NCBI GenBank assembly: GCA_963668315.1
Contig: OY764216.1
Coordinates: 4,192,001 to 4,256,000 of the forward strand
DNA from: Spirochaetia bacterium
GTDB lineage: Bacteria; Spirochaetota; Spirochaetia; DSM-2461
Direction of reading: 5' to 3'
Length of the DNA: 64,000 bases
The notes beneath the pieces were generated by a model. The model had not been told where the DNA came from and ran no database searches. It was given only the letters and a program-made list of their open reading frames with translations. Below are positions 49,284 to 57,709 of this stretch, in pieces (positions within the stretch are counted from its first letter, which is position 1; the number at the start of each line of letters is the position of its first letter). The translations under genes were made by a program, and so were the position numbers.

Positions 49284-50147
49284 ATGAATCTGAAAATCAT
49301 AGAAGAATCGGCCTTAACCCCCGAACATATTCAAGACATTTATGAGCTCTATATCGTCTGCAACAGGCATGACCGGACCGCTTACACCTTTGATGATGAG
49401 GATGATTTCAGGGAAGAGGGGGATATCAATACCTTTCTGCTTTACGAGGATGACCGGCTTGCATCTTCTCTGACCATCTTTTCACCGACGAAAAAAGAGG
49501 CGGAAGTGACGGCCCTTACCTCTCCGGATAAAAGGAAGAAGGGATACTTCAGTTCGCTTCTTCATCGTGCGCGAAAGGAGATAGAAAGAAGGAATATTCA
49601 ATCGATTCTCTTTGTCTGCGATGCACATTCGAAAGACGGGACCGAAGTGCTTTCCCGCATTAAAGCCCGCTATGAATATTCGGAGTTCCTGATGATATAC
49701 AGGCAAGAGGGAAAAAGGGATTTCGGGAAGAGAGAGGAGATCAGGATTTCCCCGGCGGAAACAGCCGACAAGGAGCGATTGGTCGAAATCAACCGGCTTG
49801 CCTTTGACAATGGGAAAGATGAGTCCCGGGAAATTCTGGAAGAGTCCTATCACAGCTCAAAAAGGGTATTGTACAGCATCATTTTCGGAAACGACGTTAT
49901 CGGCATGATCGGTGTTTACGATGAATCGGCAAGAAAATATATCTACGGCTTCTGCATCGATTCGGAGCATAGGGGCCGGGGAATAGGAAAATACGTTCTA
50001 TATGAGACAGTGAAAAGGCTGGAAAATGAGGGCAAAGAGATAGTTCTGGAAGTTCAGACCGATAATAGAAATGCACTGAGCGCCTATGAGGCCGTGGGTT
50101 TTGCCATAGAGGCGGAGTTCAGATACTGCCGGGAAGCGAACTCCTAA
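49284..50147 (+). CDS. Tandem GNAT acetyltransferase
   Basis: 'PDKRKKGY' and 'SEHRGRGIG...LEVQTDNRNALSAYEAVGF'. Confidence 0.88.
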   Translation: MNLKIIEESALTPEHIQDIYELYIVCNRHDRTAYTFDDEDDFREEGDINTFLLYEDDRLASSLTIFSPTKKEAEVTALTSPDKRKKGYFSSLLHRARKEIERRNIQSILFVCDAHSKDGTEVLSRIKARYEYSEFLMIYRQEGKRDFGKREEIRISPAETADKERLVEINRLAFDNGKDESREILEESYHSSKRVLYSIIFGNDVIGMIGVYDESARKYIYGFCIDSEHRGRGIGKYVLYETVKRLENEGKEIVLEVQTDNRNALSAYEAVGFAIEAEFRYCREANS

Positions 50148-50204
50148 AAAGATCCCCCGCTGATTTTTCTTTACTTCCCCCTTCATCGGGCTTATGCTTA
50201 AATC

Positions 50205-51392
50205 ATGAAAGTATTAATTGCCGATAAGTTATCAGAAAAAGCCGTGGCGGATCTTGAGTCCCTGGGGGCGAAAGTCACTTATAAGCCGGAACTGACAGCG
50301 GAGGACCTGCCCGACAAGGTGGGGGGGCATGAGATACTCATCGTCCGTTCCACCAAAGTTACCTCTCAAACCATAGATGCGGGAGGGGAATTGGCATTAA
50401 TCATCAGGGCGGGAGCGGGTGTGAATACGATAGACCTGCTGGAGGCTTCCGCACGGGGAATCCATGTGGCCAACTGTCCGGGCAAAAATTCCGACGCGGT
50501 GGCGGAACTGGCCATCGGTCTTATGATTGCCGCGGACCGGCGGATTGCGGACGGCACGGAAGATCTGCGCCGGGGCGTCTGGAATAAGAAATTATACGGA
50601 CAGGCCCAGGGGCTCAAAGGCCGTACTTTCTCGATCATCGGCATGGGTTCCATCGGCAAAAAAGTCGCACTGATCGCCCGGGCCATGGGAATGGATGTGG
50701 CCGCCTGGTCCCGAAGCCTCACACCGGAAAAGGCGATGGAACTGAATGTGGAATACTGCTCCACCCCCCTGGAGGCCGCAGCCATAGCCGATGTGCTGAC
50801 CGTCCACCTGGCCGCCGGCAAGGATACGAAACACTTCATCAACGAGAAAACCTTCAACGCCATGAAGGAAGGGGCGATTTTCATCAATACATCCCGGGGA
50901 GAAGTCGTTAATACGGACGCCCTGAAGAAAGCCGTGAAAAGCAAAAATATCAAGGCCGCCCTGGATGTCTATGAGGACGAACCGGCTTCGGGGGATAAAA
51001 GATTCCCCCATGAAGAACTGGCCTCTCTCATCACGGGAACCCATCACATCGGAGCTTCGACCGAACAGGCTTCCGAAGCGATTGCCGGCGAAGTGGTGAA
51101 TATCGTCAAAGCCTTCAAAGAGACGGGAAAGCCTTTGAATCTGGTCAACCACCAGGATAAAAGCTCTGCCAGCTTCAATCTCGTCGTACGCCACTACAAT
51201 AAAATTGGCGTACTGGCCGCCGTTCTTGATGAGCTGCGAAGGGCCCAGATTAACGTGGAGGAGATGGAAAACAGTATATTCTCAGGGGGAAAGGCGGCGG
51301 TCTGCACCCTGAAGCTGGACAGTCCCCCGACGGAAACGATTATTGAAAAGATTAACCAGGGAGAATTCATTATCAAGGCGACATTGAAGTAA
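50205..51392 (+). CDS. serA: D-3-phosphoglycerate dehydrogenase-like 2-hydroxyacid dehydrogenase with ACT domain
   Basis: 'IRAGAGVNTID', 'NCPGKNS.AVAE', 'GMGSIG', 'INTSRG', 'HHIGASTEQA', C-terminal ACT. Confidence 0.8.
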   Translation: MKVLIADKLSEKAVADLESLGAKVTYKPELTAEDLPDKVGGHEILIVRSTKVTSQTIDAGGELALIIRAGAGVNTIDLLEASARGIHVANCPGKNSDAVAELAIGLMIAADRRIADGTEDLRRGVWNKKLYGQAQGLKGRTFSIIGMGSIGKKVALIARAMGMDVAAWSRSLTPEKAMELNVEYCSTPLEAAAIADVLTVHLAAGKDTKHFINEKTFNAMKEGAIFINTSRGEVVNTDALKKAVKSKNIKAALDVYEDEPASGDKRFPHEELASLITGTHHIGASTEQASEAIAGEVVNIVKAFKETGKPLNLVNHQDKSSASFNLVVRHYNKIGVLAAVLDELRRAQINVEEMENSIFSGGKAAVCTLKLDSPPTETIIEKINQGEFIIKATLK

Positions 51393-51419
51393 TTTCCCCG
51401 GGAAGACCGATCTGAGGCG

Positions 51420-52448
51420 CTAATAGTAAGTAATGTCCCGTTTCCAGAGAAGAGGCTCTTCGCCGGGATGGTTCAGTTCATCCCGGTAGCTGAGTTCCAC
51501 CCAGTTATCATTATCGTCATAAGCGAGGGACCAGGACTCCTTCCTAAAGGGTTCCGTCACTTTGGTAATCCGGTCCTCCCCGTCGTATTCGTAGTGCTGC
51601 TCTTCCGTAAGAATTAGCCCGTCCGGACCGTTCCAGTTGTAGTTTCTGAGCCGTATAAGCCGATTTTGACCGTCATAGTCCTTAATGCTCTGAAAAACCG
51701 GCGTATCCAGGGGAGCCGTGGACACCATGGTTTCCGTAACCGGATGGTCCAGCACATATTTGGTAAAGGTAATGCGGTTTTCCCCGTAGGAATAATCGCC
51801 CCGCTCATAGAGCTGCCTGTTCAGATCGGTCTGGATAAGAGTCGCCAAGCGGCCTTCCCCGTCATACAGATACCGCTCTTCCCAGTAAATTTTCCCCTCC
51901 CGGGTCCCCCGCTTCGCCGTCAGTTTTCCCTCGCTGTTGAAACTGATGCCCACATCAAGATCCATGAGGGAATCGCTCTCATGGATCAAGCGGCCTTCCC
52001 CGTCATAATAGCGGTAGACGGATTTCACCGGACGGCTCTGTACGGTTTCGAAACGTGTCTCCGCCAGGGAGGGATCGTCCCCTTCTCGCAATGTGTACCA
52101 GTGCTCATATCCGGCAAGCCGACGAAGAGGCGGGCGCCCGTCGGGTGTGATGAAATAGGTTACCCAGACCGTTCTCTCCCGGCCTTCCCCGTCCTTCTCG
52201 TACCGGAATTCATGACGGCGGTACTCCTGCCCCATGTTATAATACCATTGAGTAACCGGACGCTGCTGCTCATCGTAATCAGCATTAACCAGCCAGGGCT
52301 CATCAACAGTCCCGGCGGGAATGGGGCGAAGGAGTATCTTGTAAGTGCGTACCGATTCTACAGGACCCTTGAGTTGATCGGGAGGGGTATAGGCGCTAAG
52401 CGGAATGAGGCTGATAAGAAACAGGAAGGCTATGGGGAGTCTTGCCAT
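51420..52448 (-). CDS. Exported protein with YD/RHS-like repeats
   Basis: Signal 'MARLPIAFLFLISLIPLSA'; 'LKGPVESVR'; repeats 'YYDGEGRL', 'YLYDGEGRL', 'YEYDGEDR', 'YDDNDNW'. Confidence 0.78.
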   Translation of the reverse strand: MARLPIAFLFLISLIPLSAYTPPDQLKGPVESVRTYKILLRPIPAGTVDEPWLVNADYDEQQRPVTQWYYNMGQEYRRHEFRYEKDGEGRERTVWVTYFITPDGRPPLRRLAGYEHWYTLREGDDPSLAETRFETVQSRPVKSVYRYYDGEGRLIHESDSLMDLDVGISFNSEGKLTAKRGTREGKIYWEERYLYDGEGRLATLIQTDLNRQLYERGDYSYGENRITFTKYVLDHPVTETMVSTAPLDTPVFQSIKDYDGQNRLIRLRNYNWNGPDGLILTEEQHYEYDGEDRITKVTEPFRKESWSLAYDDNDNWVELSYRDELNHPGEEPLLWKRDITYY

Positions 52449-52684
52449 AGTGTCTATTGTAGCAGGAAATTCTGTTTTTAACAGGGATGCCCGCGGACGG
52501 ACACGGACTTTTTTCATGACAAAAACGCTTCTAGATTAATCTTGCGTTTTTCAAATTAACAAGATAGCCTCCTTTTTTAAAATGATTTTTCATGGCAATT
52601 TGTTACCGCAAAGGAGAAAAAAAGACTTTCTGAACAGCGGTTTCGCTTGTTTATAAGGGGCGGTTTGTCTATTATAATGCAGAT

Positions 52685-54583
52685 ATGAGTGAAGCCATCA
52701 AACACGAATGCGGGATAGCCATGATACGGCTCCTTAAACCGCTTGAATATTATCAGGAAAAGTACGGGACCTGGAATTACGGACTTCAAAAGCTCTATCT
52801 GCTTATGGAGAAACAGCATAACCGCGGACAGGACGGAGCCGGTGTGGCATCGGTGAAATTCGATGTTTCCCCGGGCAAGCGCTACTTCCACAGAAGCCGC
52901 TCGAACGGAGCCTCCCCTATCAAGGAAGTCTTCGACGATATCGCGAAGCGGCAGATGAGTGCGGGAACCTGTCCCGAAGGGGAGAACTGCGCCGAATGGG
53001 CCAAGGAGAATGTCGACTTTGCGGCGGAACTCTTCATGGGCCATCTGCGCTACGGCACCTTCGGGCGGAATAATATCGAGAACGTCCATCCGGTCATGCG
53101 GGAAAACAACTGGAACTCCCGTAACCTGGTGGTGGCGGGAAACTTTAACCTGACCAATGTGTCGGAGTTATTCTCCACCCTCATAGATCTGGGCCAGCAG
53201 CCCAACAATTACAACGATACGGTTACCATCCTGGAAAAAATCGGTCACTTCCTGGACCGGGAAAACCAGGCGGAATTCGATAAATACAAAAAACAGGGCA
53301 TGAACAACCGGGAAATTTCCCAGACCATCTATAAAACCCTGAATGTGGGGAAAATCCTGCAGGAGTCGTGCAAGCGGTGGGACGGGGGCTACGTGATCGG
53401 CGGTATGATCGGTCACGGCGATGCCTTCATCATGCGCGATCCCTGGGGCATACGGCCCTGCTACTACTATATCGATGACGAAGTGGTGGTGGCGGCCAGC
53501 GAGCGCCCGGTCATCCAGACGGTTATGAACGTCACCACGGGAGACATCAAAGAACTCGGTCCCGGCAAGGGATTAATCATCAAAAAGGACGGAAGAATCA
53601 GCCTGGAAGAGATCCGGGCGGCCCAGGAGAAGAGATCCTGTTCCTTTGAGAGAATCTACTTTTCCCGGGGAGGGGATGAGGCTATCTACCGGGAAAGAAA
53701 AATGCTCGGCGAATGCCTGGTTCCCGATATTCTCAAGAAAGTTGATTACGATATGGAGAACACGGTTTTCTCCTTTATTCCCAATACGGCGGAAGTCGCC
53801 TTTTTCGGTATGAACGAGGGTTTGGAAAAATTCCTCTACGAGCAGAAGAAAGCTCTCCTCCTGGATAAGGAGAATCCGATCAAGGAAAAACAGCTGGATA
53901 AGCTTTTAAAGCGCAAGCCCCGTGTTGAGAAGATCGCCATAAAGGATATCAAACTCCGCACCTTTATCTCCCAGGATGAAGGCCGGGACGATATGGTGGC
54001 CCACGTATACGATGTGACCTACGGCGTAATCCGCAAGGGTATCGACAATCTGGTCATCATTGACGATTCGATTGTCAGGGGAACCACCCTCAAGCAGAGC
54101 ATTCTGCGGATGCTGGACAGGCTGGGCCCCAAGAAAATCGTGGTCGTCTCCTCGGCGCCCCAGATCCGTTATCCCGACTGTTACGGGATAGACATGGCCC
54201 GTCTGGGTGATTTCGTCGCGTTCCAGGCGGCTATCTCCCTCCTCAAGGGGACGGGCAGACAGTCTGTCATTGATGATGTCTATCGCAAGTGCAAGGAGCA
54301 GGAGCATCTGCCCAAGGAAGAAGTCATCAACCACGTTAAGGAAATCTATGCTCCCTTTACGGACGAAGAGATTTCCGAACGGATCGGTGAACTTCTCAAG
54401 CCCGTGGACATGAAGGCCGAAGTGGAAATTCTCTATCAGAGCCTGGAAGGGCTTCACCGCGCCTGCCCCAATGATCTGGGTGACTGGTATTTCAGCGGAA
54501 ACTACCCCACCCCCGGGGGCAATAAAGTGGTTAATACGGCTTTTATTAACTACGTGGAAAAAAACAACAAAAGAGCCTATTGA
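52685..54583 (+). CDS. purF: Amidophosphoribosyltransferase (long form)
   Basis: Propeptide then 'ECGIA', 'QHNRGQDGAG', 'GHLRYGT', 'CSFERIYFSR', PRT 'IIDDSIVRGTT'. Confidence 0.93.
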   Translation: MSEAIKHECGIAMIRLLKPLEYYQEKYGTWNYGLQKLYLLMEKQHNRGQDGAGVASVKFDVSPGKRYFHRSRSNGASPIKEVFDDIAKRQMSAGTCPEGENCAEWAKENVDFAAELFMGHLRYGTFGRNNIENVHPVMRENNWNSRNLVVAGNFNLTNVSELFSTLIDLGQQPNNYNDTVTILEKIGHFLDRENQAEFDKYKKQGMNNREISQTIYKTLNVGKILQESCKRWDGGYVIGGMIGHGDAFIMRDPWGIRPCYYYIDDEVVVAASERPVIQTVMNVTTGDIKELGPGKGLIIKKDGRISLEEIRAAQEKRSCSFERIYFSRGGDEAIYRERKMLGECLVPDILKKVDYDMENTVFSFIPNTAEVAFFGMNEGLEKFLYEQKKALLLDKENPIKEKQLDKLLKRKPRVEKIAIKDIKLRTFISQDEGRDDMVAHVYDVTYGVIRKGIDNLVIIDDSIVRGTTLKQSILRMLDRLGPKKIVVVSSAPQIRYPDCYGIDMARLGDFVAFQAAISLLKGTGRQSVIDDVYRKCKEQEHLPKEEVINHVKEIYAPFTDEEISERIGELLKPVDMKAEVEILYQSLEGLHRACPNDLGDWYFSGNYPTPGGNKVVNTAFINYVEKNNKRAY

Positions 54584-54667
54584 TTCCAGGCAAAACGGAC
54601 ATATCCTCTCAGTGGCGGGTATGTCCGGAATCGGGCATATAATTACTCAAAATAAGGACAGGACTAT

Positions 54668-56923
54668 ATGGTTGAATTATTCGATAAGAAGGTAGTGATT
54701 TCCAGAGGAAAGGAGATCAGGGAAAACGTACGGGGAAACCGGCAGGGCACGATGGCCGCAGCGATTCTGGCGGAACACAACGTATCCGACGATCCGGCTC
54801 TGATGAAAATCAAGTTCGACGCCCTGGCCTCCCATGATATTACCTATGTGGGAATCATCCAGACGGCCCGGGCTTCGGGACTCAGAAGATTCCCCATTCC
54901 CTACGTTCTGACCAACTGCCACAACTCCCTCTGCGCCGTGGGAGGAACCATCAACGAAGACGACCACAGATTCGGCCTTTCCGCCGCGGAGAAATACGGC
55001 GGGATATTCGTACCGGCCCATCAGGCGGTCATCCACCAGTATAACCGGGAAATGCTCGCCGGCTGCGGCAGGATGATCCTCGGGTCGGACAGCCATACCC
55101 GTTACGGCGCTCTGGGAACCATGGGCGTGGGCGAAGGCGGTCCGGAGCTGGTGAAACAACTTCTGGAAAGGACCTACGATGTGGCCACTCCCGAAGTCAT
55201 TGCCGTCTACCTGGAAGGCGCCCCCAAACCGGGGGTTGGTCCCATGGATGTGGCCCTGGCCATCGTGGGCAAGGTTTTCGCCTCGGGATTTGTCAAAAAC
55301 AAGGTCATGGAATTCGTGGGACCGGGAGTCACCGGCCTGAGCGTGGATTACCGGAACGGCATCGATGTCATGACCACGGAAACAACCTGTCTCAGCTCCC
55401 TATGGTCTACCGACGAAAAAGTCAGAGAGTGGTATGAAGTCCACGGGAGGGAAGGCGAATATAAAGAGCTGACTCCCGCCGAAGATGCCGAATACGACGG
55501 CCTGATCAAGGTCGATTTGAGCGCCGTTGAGCCCATGATCGCCATGCCTTTCCACCCCAGCAACGTCTTTACCGTCAGGGAAGTCGCCGCCGATCCCAAG
55601 CCCTTTCTGGAAGCGGTGGAAAAGTATTCCGTGGAAAACCTCGGCTATGCCAAGGGAGCCCTGGATCTTCTGCCCAAGGTAATCGACGGCAAGCTTCATG
55701 TAGACCAGGCCAGCATCGTAGGCTGCTCCGGCGGAACCTACGAGAACCTTATGGCCGCCGCCGATATCCTTAATAACAAGTATATCGGATCGGGCAGTTT
55801 TACCATGAGCGCCTACCCTTCGAGTCAGCCTGTCTATACCGGCTTGATCGAAGACGGCGCCATCGGTAAACTGATGAAAGCGGGCGTCGTCGTCCGTTCC
55901 GCCTTCTGCGGCCCCTGTTTCGGTGCGGGCGATACCCCCCGGAACAACGGCTTCAGCATCCGCCATGCCACACGGAACTTCCCCAACCGGGACGGTTCCA
56001 AGCCCGGCGACGGCCAGGCCGCCTGTGTAGCCCTGATGGACGCCCGCTCCATCGCCGCCACCGCCGCCAACGGGGGTATCCTGACTCCCGCCGACGAAGT
56101 CATGACCTCCGAACCGTCCTGTACCTATAAATACGACGGTTCCATCTACGATAACCGCTGTTACAACGGCTGGGGAAAAGCCAAGCCCGAATCGGAATTA
56201 ATCTACGGTCCCAATATCAAAGACTGGCCCCGGATGATCAGCCTCACGGATAACCTGCTTCTGAAAGTGGCCTCCTATATCACCGATCCGGTCACCACCA
56301 CCGATGAGCTCATACCTTCGGGGGAAACCTCCAGCTACCGGTCCAACCCCCTCCGCCTGGCCGAGTTTGCCCTGGGACGGAAAGATCCCGAATATGTGGG
56401 ACGGGCCAAGGATATCCAGAAAATGGAAAAGATCCGCATCAAATGGATTGATGGTAAAGCGGAATCCGATGAAAGTGAGGCCCTCATGGCCTATGCCAAA
56501 GAGCTCTACCCTTCCATGGATGAGTCTCTCCTGAAAACCTGTTCCCTCGGAAGCCTTATCTATGCGGTGAAACCCGGTGACGGCTCAGCCCGCGAGCAGG
56601 CGGCGTCGGTACAGAAAGTGCTCGGCGGCTGGGCGAATATAGCTCAGGATTACGCGACCAAACGATATCGCAGCAATGTCATCAACTGGGGAATGCTGCC
56701 CTTTATCATGAATAAGGACGATGCGGGGAAATTCACGGTTGATTCGGTCATCCTGATCAAAGGTATTCGTGATGCCGTTATCAGCGGAGCCGATTCCCTG
56801 AAGGCACAGATAGTCGGCGGCGAGGAAATTACCCTTAACATGCCCTCCTTTACCGAAGGGGAGCGAAGCATTGTGACCGAAGGGTGCCTGATCAATTTCT
56901 ATGCCAGTGAAAAGACTAAATAA
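54668..56923 (+). CDS. Aconitase-family hydratase (YbhJ-like)
   Basis: 'LTNCHNSLCAVGGTINEDDH', 'GSDSHTRYGALG', 'GCSGG', 'FCGPCFG', 'TRNFPNR', swivel 'GDGSAREQA'. Confidence 0.92.
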   Translation: MVELFDKKVVISRGKEIRENVRGNRQGTMAAAILAEHNVSDDPALMKIKFDALASHDITYVGIIQTARASGLRRFPIPYVLTNCHNSLCAVGGTINEDDHRFGLSAAEKYGGIFVPAHQAVIHQYNREMLAGCGRMILGSDSHTRYGALGTMGVGEGGPELVKQLLERTYDVATPEVIAVYLEGAPKPGVGPMDVALAIVGKVFASGFVKNKVMEFVGPGVTGLSVDYRNGIDVMTTETTCLSSLWSTDEKVREWYEVHGREGEYKELTPAEDAEYDGLIKVDLSAVEPMIAMPFHPSNVFTVREVAADPKPFLEAVEKYSVENLGYAKGALDLLPKVIDGKLHVDQASIVGCSGGTYENLMAAADILNNKYIGSGSFTMSAYPSSQPVYTGLIEDGAIGKLMKAGVVVRSAFCGPCFGAGDTPRNNGFSIRHATRNFPNRDGSKPGDGQAACVALMDARSIAATAANGGILTPADEVMTSEPSCTYKYDGSIYDNRCYNGWGKAKPESELIYGPNIKDWPRMISLTDNLLLKVASYITDPVTTTDELIPSGETSSYRSNPLRLAEFALGRKDPEYVGRAKDIQKMEKIRIKWIDGKAESDESEALMAYAKELYPSMDESLLKTCSLGSLIYAVKPGDGSAREQAASVQKVLGGWANIAQDYATKRYRSNVINWGMLPFIMNKDDAGKFTVDSVILIKGIRDAVISGADSLKAQIVGGEEITLNMPSFTEGERSIVTEGCLINFYASEKTK

Positions 56924-56956
56924 TGAAGAATTAAGAATGTAGAATTAAGAATTGGA
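56922..56956. repeat. Short tandem heptamer repeat AAT(T/G)(A/T)AG x4-5
   Basis: AATGAAG AATTAAG AATGTAG AATTAAG AATTGGA. Confidence 0.65.
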
Positions 56957-56963
56957 GAAATAG

Positions 56964-57002
56964 AAAAACACGGAGCAGTCATTAATTCTCCGTGTTTTTT
57001 TT
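56964..57002. terminator. Bidirectional rho-independent terminator
   Basis: AAAAACACGGAG ... CTCCGTGTTTTT with flanking A and T tracts, between convergent genes. Confidence 0.85.
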
Positions 57003-57031
57003 ATTATAATTAAATTACTTTAAGACTAGTT

Positions 57032-57676
57032 TTAATACCAAACGTCTACCAGGACTTTCTCACCGATTTCCATAGCCTGCATATCGCGGAAGGTTTCCTT
57101 GACGATGCTGGCGTTGTTTTTACCGATGACAATCTGGTCGGTGGGTGTAATAAGGCGATAGTTAAAATTATACGTAGTCATGGACACTTTGGGAGTTATG
57201 ACGTTAGTTTTTTTGGAAGCCTCCACCATGATAATAATACTGGCCATGGTGGGATCATAGGTTTCCAGGACCTCATAATTCTCATCAAGATTTATATGAT
57301 CCCGGGCGTATTCAATCAGCTCCTGACTCAAAGAAGTAGTCAGTGCCTCGGAAGTTGTGGCCGAAGTCATTTCCTCCCCAAGGGGCATAAATTCCCAGTT
57401 CACAATGATCGGATCATAGGTTCTGCGCAGTTCGTTAAAGACAGTATAAATAGCCTCGGGCTGACCGGATTTCACCGTATTTCTCCCGATGGCATTGTAG
57501 ATATTCTGGTCCGGATAGGTCTCCACGATATTGATAACCGCAGGATCGTTTCTGTCGAGCTCCTCAGCCTGAATGACAGGTTCTTCCCGTATAAGCTGAG
57601 GTTCGGGTTTACCGGAAGCGAAAAGTGCCGCCGCTGAAATCAAAGCAAAGAAATAAACAATCAAAGACCTTTTCAT
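57032..57676 (-). CDS. Hypothetical exported protein
   Basis: Spirochaete-type signal 'MKRSLIVYFFALISAAALFASGK'; 33 nt downstream of the sugar transferase. Confidence 0.7.
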   Translation of the reverse strand: MKRSLIVYFFALISAAALFASGKPEPQLIREEPVIQAEELDRNDPAVINIVETYPDQNIYNAIGRNTVKSGQPEAIYTVFNELRRTYDPIIVNWEFMPLGEEMTSATTSEALTTSLSQELIEYARDHINLDENYEVLETYDPTMASIIIMVEASKKTNVITPKVSMTTYNFNYRLITPTDQIVIGKNNASIVKETFRDMQAMEIGEKVLVDVWY

Positions 57677-57709
57677 ACCTATCCTTATACAACTAATCAC
57701 CGGGACTGG

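Noticed and set aside
51420..52448. RHS polymorphic toxin
   Set aside because: Too short, with no RHS core cleavage motif, toxin tip or adjacent immunity gene.
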